Assembly (NCBI RefSeq): GCF_014280195.1 | Contig: NZ_CP047960.1 | Coordinates: 1,620,001-1,652,000 of the forward strand | Origin: Synechococcus sp. A15-24 | GTDB lineage: Bacteria; Cyanobacteriota; Cyanobacteriia; PCC-6307; Cyanobiaceae | Direction: 5' to 3' | Length of the DNA: 32,000 nt | Part shown: positions 1-9,227 of the stretch, one piece after another | Layout of the letters: the number at the start of each line of letters is the position of its first letter | How positions within the stretch are numbered: position 1 is the first letter of the stretch | The notes under the pieces: model-generated | The model's database searches: none | What the model saw: the letters and a program-made list of their open reading frames with translations, nothing else | What the model was told of the DNA's origin: nothing | Position numbers and translations under genes: made by a program

Positions 1-790
1 CACACCGCAAACTGCGCTCCACCAGAACGTCCACCACCACCTGCTCAAAACTGGCGGCAAGATCAGCCGTCGGCAGCGGACCTGACTGAGCCTCCACGGT
101 GCGCAGCATGGCCGTTTTCAGCCCGCTGAACGAAAAGTCATAGGGATGGAAGCCTCCCTCTGGCAGGGAGATACGCCCCTTCGGCAACTTGAACCGACGA
201 CCATCACCGCCCTCAGCCGCTGCCTGAATGGCCGGCCCGCCCGGGTAGCCAAGGCCAAGCAAACGCGCCACTTTGTCGAAGGCCTCCCCTGCAGCATCGT
301 CATGGCTGCGGCCAAGCCGCTGCATCACCCCATCCGCTTCGACGCGGATCAGTTCGGTGTGCCCACCGCTCACTAGCAGCACCAGATAGGGCAGTTGAGG
401 GCGACGCTCCGCCAGGTGCACCGATGCCAGATGTCCTTCGAGATGGTGCACCGCCAGGAAGGGGCGGTCATGCAGCGCTGACAAGGTGCGTCCGGTCACA
501 GAGGCCACCATCAGCGCGCCGGCCAACCCTGGCGTCACCGTGGCGGCAATCGCATCAACCTCGTCGAGGGTGGAACCCGACTCCTCCAACACCTGCTGGA
601 TCAGCCCCGGCAACGCTTCCACGTGACGACGCGACGCGATCTCCGGCACAACACCGCCCCAGCGGGCATGCTCTTCCACTTGCGAGGCAATGCGTGCCGA
701 TCGAACCTCGAATTTTCCATCGGCATGTCGGCAGACCAAGGCCGCTGCCGACTCGTCACAACTTGTTTCGAGGGCTAAGACTGATGTCAT
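1..790 (-). CDS. tsaD: tRNA N6-adenosine threonylcarbamoyltransferase TsaD (Gcp/Kae1 family); N-terminal 263 codons, with the 3' end running off the left window edge
   Basis: Absent from the supplied ORF track because it is open at the window edge. The reverse-complement reading from ATG (790..788) is stop-free to base 1: [73 protein letters not shown]. The HHLEGH metal motif and GEAFDK motif are typical of TsaD. Confidence 0.9.
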   Translation of the reverse strand, partial: MTSVLALETSCDESAAALVCRHADGKFEVRSARIASQVEEHARWGGVVPEIASRRHVEALPGLIQQVLEESGSTLDEVDAIAATVTPGLAGALMVASVTGRTLSALHDRPFLAVHHLEGHLASVHLAERRPQLPYLVLLVSGGHTELIRVEADGVMQRLGRSHDDAAGEAFDKVARLLGLGYPGGPAIQAAAEGGDGRRFKLPKGRISLPEGGFHPYDFSFSGLKTAMLRTVEAQSGPLPTADLAASFEQVVVDVLVERSLRC

Positions 791-869
791 CGGGGTGGGG
801 GCCCTCCCCTACTGTCCGCAAGTGACATCCTGCCCTTCAAACGGCAGTTTACAAACAGGAATCGTTCCG

Positions 870-1346
870 ATGCGTCGTCTCTTCGCCGCCCTGCTCTCGG
901 CCCTCCTGGTGTTCGGCTTCGCTCCCGTCGCCAAGGCTGATGTGGCCGGCCTGACCCCCTGCTCCGAAAGCGCCCGCTTCCAGCAGCGCGCCGCTGCTGC
1001 CACAACGCCCCAGGCCAAGGCTCGTTTCGAGATGTACAGCCAAGCTTCCTGCGGCGATGACGGCCTGCCCCACCTGATCGTTGATGGCCGCTGGAGCCAT
1101 GCCGGTGATTTCGTTTACCCCGGAATCATGTTCCTCTACGTGGCCGGTTGCATCGGCTGGGCCGGCCGTGAGTACCTCAAGGCAACCCGGGGCAAGAACG
1201 CCGCGATGAATGAAATTCAGATCGACCTGGGCATTGCTTTCAAGAGCCTTCTTGCTGCAGCGACCTGGCCCCTGGCTGCCTTCGGTGAGTTCACCAGCGG
1301 AAAGCTGCTGGAGGACGACAACAAAGTGACCGTCTCCCCACGCTGA
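870..1346 (+). CDS. psaF: Photosystem I reaction centre subunit III (PsaF)
   Basis: In-frame ATG at 870 inside track ORF 690..1346. It has a signal peptide MRRLFAALLSALLVFGFAPVAKA, then DVAGLTPCSESARFQQR.. and ..VYPGIMFLYVAGCIGWAGREYL, which is PsaF-like. psaJ follows directly, the classic psaFJ pair. Confidence 0.9.
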   Translation: MRRLFAALLSALLVFGFAPVAKADVAGLTPCSESARFQQRAAAATTPQAKARFEMYSQASCGDDGLPHLIVDGRWSHAGDFVYPGIMFLYVAGCIGWAGREYLKATRGKNAAMNEIQIDLGIAFKSLLAAATWPLAAFGEFTSGKLLEDDNKVTVSPR

Positions 1347-1378
1347 TCTCCAACAACATTCCACCCAACTAACGACCC

Positions 1379-1495
1379 ATGCAGAAATTCCTCACCACCG
1401 CTCCAGTGGTCGCTGCCATCTGGTTCACCCTGACCGCCGGGATCCTGATCGAGTGGAACCGTTTCTTCCCCGACCTGCTCTTCCACCCCATGTGA
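1379..1495 (+). CDS. psaJ: Photosystem I reaction centre subunit IX (PsaJ), 38 aa
   Basis: Below the track's size cut-off. ATG 1379 to TGA 1493..1495 gives [38 protein letters not shown], a single-TM PsaJ-like peptide 32 nt downstream of psaF. Confidence 0.85.
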   Translation: MQKFLTTAPVVAAIWFTLTAGILIEWNRFFPDLLFHPM

Positions 1496-1515
1496 TTGGG
1501 GTCTTCTCCAACATC

Positions 1516-1548
1516 AAAAAAAGGGGGGCCTCATGCCCCCTTTTTTTT
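1516..1548. terminator. Bidirectional intrinsic terminator between convergent psaJ and gmk
   Basis: AAAAAAAGGGGGGCC-TCAT-GCCCCCTTTTTTTT. A GC stem (1524-1529 pairing with 1535-1540) is flanked by an A7 run upstream and a T8 run downstream, so each strand sees a hairpin followed by a U-tract. Confidence 0.8.
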
Positions 1549-1554
1549 GTGCCA

Positions 1555-2115
1555 TCAACCCAGCCCCATCAACCCTTCCAGCTTCAGCAACGCCTGGTCA
1601 AGATCGTCGTTGACCACCACAGCATCGAATTCACCCTGAGCGCTTAGCTCCTCGCGAGCCCGCAGCAGACGCCGCTGGATCGCTTCCTCTGAATCGGTGC
1701 CACGGCCGCGGATGCGACGCTCGAGTTCCTCAAAGCTGGGGGGTGACAAAAAGATCTGCCGGGCCTTGGAGAAGCTGCGTCGCACCTGTCTCGCTCCCTC
1801 CAGTTCGATCTCCAGCAGCACAGGCCGCCCGGCCTGCAACTGCTGCTCCACAGGGTCCCGGGGAGTTCCGTAGCAGTTTCCGGCAAATTCAGCCCACTCC
1901 AGCAATCCACCCTCTTGAACAAGGGCATCGAATCGCTCCCGGCTGTGGAAGAAGTAACTCTCCCCCTCACGCTCTCCCTCCCGAGGCGCACGGGTGGTGG
2001 CCGACACTGACACCCAGATGCTGGGGTGCCGCGCCAGGAGGCGTTGCACCAACGTTCCCTTACCGACGCCGCTCGGCCCGGTGATCACCGTGAGGGTGCC
2101 CATGCCGTCTGACAT
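1555..2115 (-). CDS. gmk: Guanylate kinase
   Basis: Track ORF 1555..2343 trimmed to the ATG at 2115 ([22 protein letters not shown]..); an alternative ATG is at 2103. It has the P-loop GPSGVGKGT and [14 protein letters not shown], with typical Gmk length. Confidence 0.9.
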   Translation of the reverse strand: MSDGMGTLTVITGPSGVGKGTLVQRLLARHPSIWVSVSATTRAPREGEREGESYFFHSRERFDALVQEGGLLEWAEFAGNCYGTPRDPVEQQLQAGRPVLLEIELEGARQVRRSFSKARQIFLSPPSFEELERRIRGRGTDSEEAIQRRLLRAREELSAQGEFDAVVVNDDLDQALLKLEGLMGLG

Positions 2116-2190
2116 GACTGCTTCGTCGTGGGCCAGCAGAGTAGGAAGCCCCCTGAACGACGGGTGACCAGCACGGCACGGCTTCAGTTG

Positions 2191-3885
2191 ATGGACCTCA
2201 CCACCCTGCGGGCGGTGCTGAGTGATCTTCGTCCCAGGCTGCTGCCCAGCCGGTTCGAAAAGGCTCAACAACCGGATCCAGCCACCCTGCAACTCGGGTT
2301 CCGCAGCCTGCAGGGCATGCTCTGGCTGGAGCTGAGCTGGCAAGCGGATGCTCCGCGATTGGTTCAGATACCACCGCCTCCGCGGCAGGGTGCCGGCAGC
2401 ACCCTTTCACAGCAGATCCAGCACAGCCTCCGCCAGATGGCGCTGATCGAGCTGGTTCAAACGGGGTTCGAACGGGTGGTGGAGTTCCGGATGGCACCAA
2501 GGCCCGGCGATGCCATCCAGCGCGTGCTGGTGCTGGAACTGATGGGCCGCCACAGCAACCTGTTGCTGCTGGACGAGCAACGGCAGGTGGTTGCCCTGGG
2601 CCGTCAGGTGCGCGACCACCAGTCCCGGGTTCGTCCCATCGGAACCGGTGATGCTTACCTCCCCCCGCCACCCCTGCAGGGACAGGCCCCCAGTTCCACG
2701 GAAGGCTTTGAGCGCTGGCGAGACCGCATCCGCCTCCTGCCACTGCCCTTACGCAAGGCCCTGCCGCAGGCCTACCAAGGCATCAGTCCTCCCCTGGCCA
2801 GGCAACTGGCCGGGGAGCTGCTGACCACCTCAGTGGAGCAGCTTGAACAATCCGCATGGTGTGAGCTGCATCGCCATTGGCAGGCCTGGCTGGCCTGCCT
2901 CGAGAAGGAGCAATTCACACTTGTTCTTGATGCCAAGGGATATCAGGTCTGGTCGAGCCATCCTGATCAATCCGGCGACGCTGAAGGCAACGAAGGCAAC
3001 CTGGCTCTCGCCCTGGGGCACTGGTATCGAACCCGGATTGACCAGCGCGATCTGCAGCGGGCCTGCGACGAGCTGCGTCAGCGTCTGAGCCGCTGGCGAT
3101 CCAAGGAAGACCTGGCTCTGGAGGATCAGCGCAGGCGACTGGCCGCCTGCGCCGACAGCACCGATCTGCAGCAGCAGGCGGATGCCTTGCTCTGCCTGCC
3201 CGCGCCGAATCGCGACGAAGTGGATCTGGCCCAGAAGCTCTACCGACGGGCCCGCAAGCTGCGGCGATCCAGCAACGTTCTTGAGGAGCGCATCCTTCAC
3301 CACAACAGTCGGCTGCAGCTGATCAACGGCAGCGAGGCCTTTATCGATGATCTGCAGGCGGCGGCCTGGCAACCCATGGCGGCACGCCTTGAAGCCCTCA
3401 GCGATCTACGGCGGGAACTGGACGAGCTGCTCAATCCGGTGGGACGCCAGGAGCGCAAGCAGCGCCAGCAACAGGGCACACCCCAACCCCTGGAAGTCAC
3501 CAGCCCCAGTGGCCTTGTGCTGCAGGTGGGCCGCAACCATCGCCAGAACGACTGGATCAGCCTGCGCCAGGCCCGTAGCGGTGACCTCTGGTTTCATGCC
3601 CAGGAATGTCCCGGCAGCCATGTGGTGCTGAAAAGCTCGGCAGGTCTGGCGGATGACGACGATCTGCAGCTGGCCTGCGACCTGGCGTCGTATTTCAGCC
3701 GTGCTCGCGGCAACGTGCGAGTGCCCGTCGTGATGGTGCCAACGGATCATCTGCAGCGGATCGCCGGTGCAGGCCCAGGCACCGTTCGCCACAGCGGCGG
3801 TGAGGTGCGCTGGGGTGAGCCACTCCGTGCCGAGACCCGGCTCAGCAGCCTCGAGGCTTCTAGCCTGGCCAGCAGCAATGGCTGA
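2191..3885 (+). CDS. NFACT-family protein (RqcH / fibronectin-binding protein A-like: NFACT-N, coiled coil, NFACT-R/DUF814)
   Basis: Track ORF 2128..3885 trimmed to ATG 2191 ([13 protein letters not shown]..). The N-terminal region ..[26 protein letters not shown] is NFACT-N-like. A long Arg/Gln/Leu-rich helical middle follows. The C-terminal [30 protein letters not shown] is DUF814-like. Confidence 0.7.
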   Translation: MDLTTLRAVLSDLRPRLLPSRFEKAQQPDPATLQLGFRSLQGMLWLELSWQADAPRLVQIPPPPRQGAGSTLSQQIQHSLRQMALIELVQTGFERVVEFRMAPRPGDAIQRVLVLELMGRHSNLLLLDEQRQVVALGRQVRDHQSRVRPIGTGDAYLPPPPLQGQAPSSTEGFERWRDRIRLLPLPLRKALPQAYQGISPPLARQLAGELLTTSVEQLEQSAWCELHRHWQAWLACLEKEQFTLVLDAKGYQVWSSHPDQSGDAEGNEGNLALALGHWYRTRIDQRDLQRACDELRQRLSRWRSKEDLALEDQRRRLAACADSTDLQQQADALLCLPAPNRDEVDLAQKLYRRARKLRRSSNVLEERILHHNSRLQLINGSEAFIDDLQAAAWQPMAARLEALSDLRRELDELLNPVGRQERKQRQQQGTPQPLEVTSPSGLVLQVGRNHRQNDWISLRQARSGDLWFHAQECPGSHVVLKSSAGLADDDDLQLACDLASYFSRARGNVRVPVVMVPTDHLQRIAGAGPGTVRHSGGEVRWGEPLRAETRLSSLEASSLASSNG

Positions 3886-4714
3886 CGCGTCGGCCAGACC
3901 AGCCATCCCCTCCGTGCCCGACAGTTCCGACGGTCCAGTTCTCAAGCCCCCGCCGCCGATCCGCATCAGCGGTGGCACCGACCCGAGCGCATTGCCCAAC
4001 GAGGTGGAGATGCCTCTGGTGGATCACCTCGAGGAACTGCGCCAGCGGGTGCTGCGCAGCTTGCTGGCGGTGGTCGTTTCAGCCCTGGTCTGTCTGTTGG
4101 CGGTGAAGCCATTGGTGCGGCTGCTGGAGGCTCCGGCCCAGGGAATTCACTTCCTGCAGTTGGCTCCTGGTGAATTCCTGTTCGTGTCGCTGAAGGTGGC
4201 CGGCTACGCCGGCCTCACGCTTGCCCTTCCCTATGTCTTGTTTCAGCTGCTGGCCTTTGTGCTCCCTGGACTGACGATTCGGGAACGTCGGCTGATCGCA
4301 CCCGCGGTTGCTGGATCGGCGGTTTTGTTTCTGGCGGGGATTGCTTTTGCCGGGTGGGCCCTGGTCCCGGCAGCCCTGCGCTTTCTGGTGAACTACGGCG
4401 CCGATGTGGTGGAGCCGCTCTGGTCGATCGAGCGCTACCTGGATTTCGTTCTGTTGCTGATGCTGGCCACAGGCCTGGCCTTTCAATTGCCGGTGCTGCA
4501 GCTGTTGCTAGGCGTGTTGGGGCTGGTGCGCTGGCGCACCATGCTTGGGGCCTGGCGTTGGGTGGTGGTGGGCTCAGCCCTCGCCGGGGCCGTGCTGACC
4601 CCCTCAACCGACCCGATCACGATGCTGTTGTTGGCGGGCGCTATCACAGCCTTGTTCCTGATCGGCGTGGGGCTGATGGCATTCACCGAGAGCCTCAGAC
4701 CAGAAACTCCCTGA
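3878..4714 (+). CDS. tatC: Sec-independent (twin-arginine) protein translocase subunit TatC
   Basis: ATG 3878 overlaps the upstream stop (ATGGCTGA). MPLVDHLEELRQRVLRS.. follows a short N-terminal extension. It has six predicted hydrophobic segments and ..LTPSTDPITM.., the TatC pattern. Confidence 0.85.
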   Translation: MADASARPAIPSVPDSSDGPVLKPPPPIRISGGTDPSALPNEVEMPLVDHLEELRQRVLRSLLAVVVSALVCLLAVKPLVRLLEAPAQGIHFLQLAPGEFLFVSLKVAGYAGLTLALPYVLFQLLAFVLPGLTIRERRLIAPAVAGSAVLFLAGIAFAGWALVPAALRFLVNYGADVVEPLWSIERYLDFVLLLMLATGLAFQLPVLQLLLGVLGLVRWRTMLGAWRWVVVGSALAGAVLTPSTDPITMLLLAGAITALFLIGVGLMAFTESLRPETP

Positions 4715-5054
4715 GCAGGTTCTCCGCCGCAGGTCCTTCAGCTCGCAGCTGAAGGCTCAGGGCCTTGCCGAGACGTGGTTTATCCCGGGTGGTGGTGATC
4801 CATTGGCGCACTTCAGCCGCCAAACCAAGACGATTCACAACATCCAGCACTTCCGCCAGGTGCTCCTGATAAGTGACTTCGTCCATGGGAAAGGACTGTT
4901 GCTCCAAATAAGCCCACATCACCTGCAGGTACAAACGTTGCCGTCGAACCACCAGTTGAAGGTCGTAAGTCGCCCGCCAGCGCTGGCGTAGGCAGCTAAT
5001 CAACTCCTCAACTCCGAGGGGATCCGAAGGGGTTTCAGTGGAGAGATCAAGCAC
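4695..5054 (-). CDS. Conserved cyanobacterial/plastid-lineage hypothetical protein (tentatively DUF3067-like)
   Basis: 119-aa ORF with coding-like GC3. The segment RWRATYDLQLVVRRQRLYLQVMWAYLEQQSFPMDEVTYQEHL resembles, from memory, the DUF3067 family. It is divergent from petC. Confidence 0.6.
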   Translation of the reverse strand: MLDLSTETPSDPLGVEELISCLRQRWRATYDLQLVVRRQRLYLQVMWAYLEQQSFPMDEVTYQEHLAEVLDVVNRLGLAAEVRQWITTTRDKPRLGKALSLQLRAEGPAAENLLREFLV

Positions 5055-5158
5055 AGTTGTGGCGATACGAAGAAGGTGAAAAGGCCAGTCGTTGCAAAGC
5101 GTGACAGGAACTTAGGCGTCCATAATGATTGCCATTACGTGCTGGGTGACCGTCCGTC

Positions 5159-5695
5159 ATGACCCAACTTTCCTCGAGCGATGTGCCCGGAATGGGTCGT
5201 CGGCAGTTCATGAATCTGCTGACCTTCGGTTCCGTCACCGGAGTTGCCCTGGGTGCTCTCTACCCCGTCGTCAATTACTTCATTCCTCCCCGCGCCGCTG
5301 GAGCTGGCGGTGGCACCACTGCGAAGGATGAACTTGGCAATGCCATCACAGCCACCGGCTGGCTGTCCTCTCACCCTGAGGGTGATCGCAGTTTGGTCCA
5401 GGGCCTCAAGGGTGACCCCACATACCTGATTGTGGAAGGGCCCGATGCCATCGGTAGTTACGGCATCAACGCCATCTGCACCCACCTGGGCTGCGTGGTG
5501 CCCTGGAACAGCGGCGCCAACAAGTTCATGTGCCCATGCCACGGCAGTCAGTACGACGCCACCGGCAAGGTGGTTCGCGGCCCCGCACCCCTCTCCCTTG
5601 CTCTGGCCAACGTGAGCGTCGAGAACGACAACGTTTTTGTGAGCCAGTGGACTGAAACCGATTTCCGCACGGGCGATAAGCCCTGGTGGGCCTGA
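5159..5695 (+). CDS. petC: Cytochrome b6-f complex Rieske iron-sulfur subunit
   Basis: 178 aa. It has the Rieske boxes CTHLGCVV and CPCHGSQY, an N-terminal TM anchor [23 protein letters not shown] and the C-terminal ..[10 protein letters not shown]. Confidence 0.95.
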   Translation: MTQLSSSDVPGMGRRQFMNLLTFGSVTGVALGALYPVVNYFIPPRAAGAGGGTTAKDELGNAITATGWLSSHPEGDRSLVQGLKGDPTYLIVEGPDAIGSYGINAICTHLGCVVPWNSGANKFMCPCHGSQYDATGKVVRGPAPLSLALANVSVENDNVFVSQWTETDFRTGDKPWWA

Positions 5696-5735
5696 TCCCT
5701 TCTCCTACGCGTTCCCTCCTTCCCTCACCGTTTCC

Positions 5736-6671
5736 ATGCGTCGCCACCTTTCCCTTCTGCTCGGATCCCTGGTGCTCGGCCTGAGCCTGCTGATCGCCCC
5801 CGCCGCCAGTTGGGCCTACCCCTTCTGGGCTCAACAGAATTACGACAGCCCACGGGAAGCCACCGGCAAGATCGTCTGCGCCAACTGCCACCTGGCCAAG
5901 AAGCTGACCCAGGCTGAAGTTCCCCAGTCGGTGCTCCCCGACACGGTCTTCACTGCCAGCGTCAAGATCCCCTACGAGGAGGGTCTGCAGGAGATCGGCG
6001 CTGATGGCAGCGACGTGGGCCTTCAGGTCGGTGCGGTGGTGATGCTGCCTGATGGCTTCACCCTTGCGCCTCAGGATCGCTGGACTGATGAGATGAAGGA
6101 GAAGACCGAAGGGGTCTATTTCTCTCAGTACAGCGACGACCAACCCAACATTCTGCTGGTGGGTCCGATCCCCGGTGATCAGCACCAGGAAGTGGTCTTC
6201 CCGCTGCTGTCCCCCGACCCCGCCACCGACAGCAACATTCACTTCGGCAAGTATCAGCTCCATGTGGGCGGTAACCGTGGTCGCGGCCAGGTGTACCCCA
6301 CCGGTGAAAAGAGCAACAACGCCGTTTACACAGCCCCTGCCTCAGGCTCTGTTGCAGCCATTGAGGATGGAGACAATGGCTCCAGCATCCTCACCATCAA
6401 CACCGCTGATGGCGCGGCTGTGACGGAAACCATCCCCGTTGGTCCTCAGCTGCTTGTGAACGTTGGCGACAACGTTGAAGCCGGCGCTGCTCTGACCAAC
6501 GATCCCAATGTGGGTGGCTTCGGCCAGGTTGATGCCGAGATCGTTCTGCAGAACCCCGTTCGGATCTATGGCCTGCTCGCTTTCTTCGCAGCTGTGGCCT
6601 TGGCCCAAATCATGCTGGTGCTGAAGAAAAGACAGATTGAAAAGGTTCAGGCTGCTGAGGGCAATTTCTGA
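5736..6671 (+). CDS. petA: Cytochrome f (apocytochrome f precursor)
   Basis: A signal peptide is followed by the mature N-terminus YPFWAQQNY. It has the heme-binding site CANCH and the C-terminal TM anchor [20 protein letters not shown], and sits 40 nt downstream of petC. Confidence 0.95.
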   Translation: MRRHLSLLLGSLVLGLSLLIAPAASWAYPFWAQQNYDSPREATGKIVCANCHLAKKLTQAEVPQSVLPDTVFTASVKIPYEEGLQEIGADGSDVGLQVGAVVMLPDGFTLAPQDRWTDEMKEKTEGVYFSQYSDDQPNILLVGPIPGDQHQEVVFPLLSPDPATDSNIHFGKYQLHVGGNRGRGQVYPTGEKSNNAVYTAPASGSVAAIEDGDNGSSILTINTADGAAVTETIPVGPQLLVNVGDNVEAGAALTNDPNVGGFGQVDAEIVLQNPVRIYGLLAFFAAVALAQIMLVLKKRQIEKVQAAEGNF

Positions 6672-6676
6672 TTCAG

Positions 6677-7513
6677 ATGTTCATATCACCAGGGCCCGTT
6701 CTGTTTCAGTTCGGGCCGCTCACCCTTCGCTGGTACGGACTGCTGATCGCCACGGCCGTGCTGATCGGATTGAATCTTTCCAGTCGCCTGGCGCAGTCCC
6801 GCAAGCTTGAGAACGGGTTGATCAGTGATCTTCTGCCCCTGCTGGTGTTGTTCTCTGTGATCGGAGCAAGGCTCTATTACGTCGCCTTTGAGTGGCATAA
6901 CTACGCCAACCAGCCGATCAAGGCTTTAGCGATCTGGGAGGGAGGTATCGCCATCCACGGGGCACTGATCGCCGGAACTCTCACGCTGATCCTGTTCTGT
7001 CGCTGGCGTCGTCAGCCCTTTCTGGATGTTCTTGATGTGCTGGTGCCCTCTGTTGCGCTAGGGCAGGCCATCGGTCGATGGGGAAACTTCTTCAACTCCG
7101 AAGCCTTCGGTGTTCCGACGGATCTTCCCTGGAAGTTGTTCATTCCCTATGCCAATCGGCCCGTGATCTACGCCGACGCCGAGTTTTTCCACCCAACTTT
7201 CCTTTACGAGTCGATCTGGAATCTGCTGCTTTTTGTGCTGCTACTCGTCCTCTTCCGCTGGGGAAGTCGAGAGCGTCAGAACTTTCCAGCAGGAACTCTC
7301 AGCTGTGTGTATTTGATCGGCTACAGCCTCGGGCGCATCTGGATCGAAGGACTCCGCATCGATCCTCTCTGTGTGGGAGCGCTGCCACCGGCCTGTGAGG
7401 GTGGTGTTCGCATAGCCCAGTTGATGAGTGCCATGCTGATGGTTCTGGGTGGATTGGGATTGTGGTGGTTGAACCGGCGACAACAACAGCTGCCAACGTC
7501 AACCAACCGCTAA
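6677..7513 (+). CDS. lgt: Phosphatidylglycerol--prolipoprotein diacylglyceryl transferase
   Basis: [25 protein letters not shown].., [11 protein letters not shown] and [13 protein letters not shown] are Lgt signature segments. It starts 5 nt after the petA stop. Confidence 0.9.
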   Translation: MFISPGPVLFQFGPLTLRWYGLLIATAVLIGLNLSSRLAQSRKLENGLISDLLPLLVLFSVIGARLYYVAFEWHNYANQPIKALAIWEGGIAIHGALIAGTLTLILFCRWRRQPFLDVLDVLVPSVALGQAIGRWGNFFNSEAFGVPTDLPWKLFIPYANRPVIYADAEFFHPTFLYESIWNLLLFVLLLVLFRWGSRERQNFPAGTLSCVYLIGYSLGRIWIEGLRIDPLCVGALPPACEGGVRIAQLMSAMLMVLGGLGLWWLNRRQQQLPTSTNR

Positions 7514-8268
7514 CTCAACCCGTTTGTTTTGTAGGGGGAGGTCCTGGTGCAGCAGACCTGCTCACCCTTCGTGCCGCTGAACGCATCCGTCAGGCTGATG
7601 TTCTGATCTGGACTGACTCTCTGGTTTGCCCCCAGATCACAGCGCTTGCTCCTGATCATTGCGAAAGGATCCGTACCAGCACACTGACGCTAGAAGAGGT
7701 GATCCCCCTGCTGATCGATCGACAACGACAGGGGGCGAAGGTCGTGCGTCTGCACGACGGTGACACCGCCCTGTACAGCGCGATCAACGAACAGATCTGT
7801 GCTCTGAATGACGCCGATATTCCGGTGGAATTGGTCCCCGGAGTGAGTGCCTATCAAGCGGCCGCGGCGGGGCTCTCCAGCGAACTCACCATTCCCGGAG
7901 TGGTTCAGACGATTGTTCTTGGTCGCGCCGGGGGCCGCACGGGGGTTCCGCCGTCAGAAGAGCTCGATCGGCTCGCAGGGCTCGGCGCCAGCCTTTGCCT
8001 TTATCTCAGTGCCCGTCATATCGACGACGTGCAGGCCACCCTTCAACGGCACTACCCCGACGACACCCCGGTGGCCATTGCCTACCGCGTGAGCTGGCCG
8101 GATGAGTGGATGTCTGTGGTTCCTCTTGCGCAGATGGCCGCTGCCAGCAAGGAGCGCCAACTGATCCGCACAACCCTTTACATCATCAGTCCGGCACTCA
8201 ACGGAGGTCGGCAAAGGTCCCGTTTGTATTCACCAGATCACGACCACCTGTTCCGACAAAGACACTGA
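7462..8268 (+). CDS. cobM: Precorrin-4 C11-methyltransferase (CobM/CbiF family, tetrapyrrole methylase)
   Basis: [30 protein letters not shown].., ..[14 protein letters not shown].. and ..[12 protein letters not shown].. are present. The only ATG/GTG/TTG start codons upstream of the conserved core are ATG 7462 and GTG 7465, inside the lgt 3' end. Confidence 0.8.
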   Translation: MVVEPATTTAANVNQPLTQPVCFVGGGPGAADLLTLRAAERIRQADVLIWTDSLVCPQITALAPDHCERIRTSTLTLEEVIPLLIDRQRQGAKVVRLHDGDTALYSAINEQICALNDADIPVELVPGVSAYQAAAAGLSSELTIPGVVQTIVLGRAGGRTGVPPSEELDRLAGLGASLCLYLSARHIDDVQATLQRHYPDDTPVAIAYRVSWPDEWMSVVPLAQMAAASKERQLIRTTLYIISPALNGGRQRSRLYSPDHDHLFRQRH

Positions 8269-8295
8269 GGGTGGTGGTTTAAGATTGGGTTGTGC

Positions 8296-8367
<72 letters not shown>

Positions 8368-8381
8368 TATGTGCTCTGGTT

Positions 8382-8404
8382 TTGTCACGCCTTCTGCGTG
8401 ACAA
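8382..8404 (+). terminator. Hairpin downstream of tRNA-Val (possible 3' processing or terminator element)
   Basis: TTGTCACGC-CTTCT-GCGTGACAA is a 9-bp stem with a 5-nt loop. It is followed by CAAAAT rather than a T-run, so it is not a canonical terminator. Confidence 0.35.
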
Positions 8405-8465
8405 CAAAATGTCAATTCCGCATAAACGACCTACCTTCCGGGTGTTCTGACGCAAGTCCTTCCGG

Positions 8466-9227
8466 ATGAACGGAAGCGAACCCAAGACAAACACCACTCA
8501 GCCCTCCGGCATCGACGCTGTGGGTGCTGCGATCCGTCAGGGGCGCGAATCCCGTTCAATCAGTCGCGATGCCCTGGCCCAGCGGTTGCACATGGGCTGT
8601 GAGCAACTGGAGGCTCTGGAGCAAGGGGATCGCCACCGTTTACCGGAGCCTGTGTTCATCAAGGCGATGGTGCGACGGCTTGCCAGTCACCTGGAACTTG
8701 ATGCCGATTCTTTGGTGGCGCAACTCGGGCCTGTTTTAAGTCGTCCCCCAACTGCCAACACGACTCCGCCCGCACAATCAGCCGCCGAACAGTCCTCCGG
8801 AACACCATGGCTCGCCATACTGATATCGCTTCTGGCATTGATCGGCATCGGTAGCTGGGCCCGTCGTCTGCTACCCAACACCAGCAGTGCTGCTATAAGC
8901 CAAAGAGCCACCATCAAGGCCTTTCCGGAAACGGTGAAGCAAACCCCGGCTGAACTGCCTCAAAAGGCGGATCAGATCGTTGCAGCTGAGACCACCGCTT
9001 CGATCACCCTTGACTGCACAGAACCGTGTTGGATCGCCCTGCGGCGGGATGGAACTGTTGAATTCGAGGGGATGCTGGAGACATCCAGAACAGTGGAGAA
9101 CTCCGAAGGCGTTGAGATCTATCCCGGTCGTCCGGATCTGGTGACGCTGCGTCGAGCTGGAGACGAACCGATCACCCTCGGCGGCATCAACGACCTGCGC
9201 TGGTACTCGCTCAACCCTGAACGCTGA
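8466..9227 (+). CDS. RodZ-like protein (N-terminal XRE-type HTH, single TM segment, C-terminal DUF4115-like domain)
   Basis: The HTH region is IRQGRESRSISRDALAQRLHMGCEQLEALEQG, followed by a TM segment WLAILISLLALIGIGSWA. The C-terminal ..ITLDCTEPCWIALRRDGTVEFEGML..EIYPGRPDLVTL.. matches the RodZ domain order. Confidence 0.6.
   Translation: MNGSEPKTNTTQPSGIDAVGAAIRQGRESRSISRDALAQRLHMGCEQLEALEQGDRHRLPEPVFIKAMVRRLASHLELDADSLVAQLGPVLSRPPTANTTPPAQSAAEQSSGTPWLAILISLLALIGIGSWARRLLPNTSSAAISQRATIKAFPETVKQTPAELPQKADQIVAAETTASITLDCTEPCWIALRRDGTVEFEGMLETSRTVENSEGVEIYPGRPDLVTLRRAGDEPITLGGINDLRWYSLNPER

Noticed and set aside
848-855. TTTACAAA upstream of psaF, resembling one half of an HLR1 (RpaB) direct-repeat site.
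   Set aside because: Only a half-site is present. The octamers 10 nt upstream and downstream match the consensus poorly, and the site lies only 15-22 nt from the ATG, which is an implausible position.
690-869. N-terminal extensions of track ORFs upstream of the starts I chose. These include 690-869 (psaF), 2128-2190, 3767-3877 (tatC), 11702-11821 (ldcA), 15345-15395 (fabG), 16352-16459 (groEL), 22166-22258 (ctaB) and 23992-24105 (ctaD).
   Set aside because: The extensions overlap upstream genes or intergenic DNA and have junk-like composition. The conserved N-termini of the respective families begin at the internal ATG codons.
3878-3885. The identical 8-nt start/stop overlap ATGGCTGA at the RqcH-like/tatC junction and at the ctaA/ctaB junction (22158-22165).
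   Set aside because: This is just Met-Ala initiation overlapping a TGA stop. An 8-mer coincidence between two junctions carries no further shared context.
5121-5126. CATAAT -10-like hexamers upstream of petC (5121-5126) and of the DUF151 gene (27505-27510).
   Set aside because: There is no acceptable -35 element at 16-18 nt spacing; TTGCAA lies at 23 nt and GTGACA at 14 nt for petC. They are plausible but unsupported without TSS data, so I did not list them as features.
6677-7513. An apparent GC trough in lgt and in the 5' half of ctaC (23286-23700). Hand counts of a few 60-nt lines gave about 48-55%, against about 58-70% in neighbouring genes.
   Set aside because: The counts are too sparse to be reliable. 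Both genes encode Phe/Ile/Leu-rich membrane proteins, and there are no mobility genes or flanking repeats. A sliding-window GC and codon-usage calculation would be needed before suggesting horizontal transfer.
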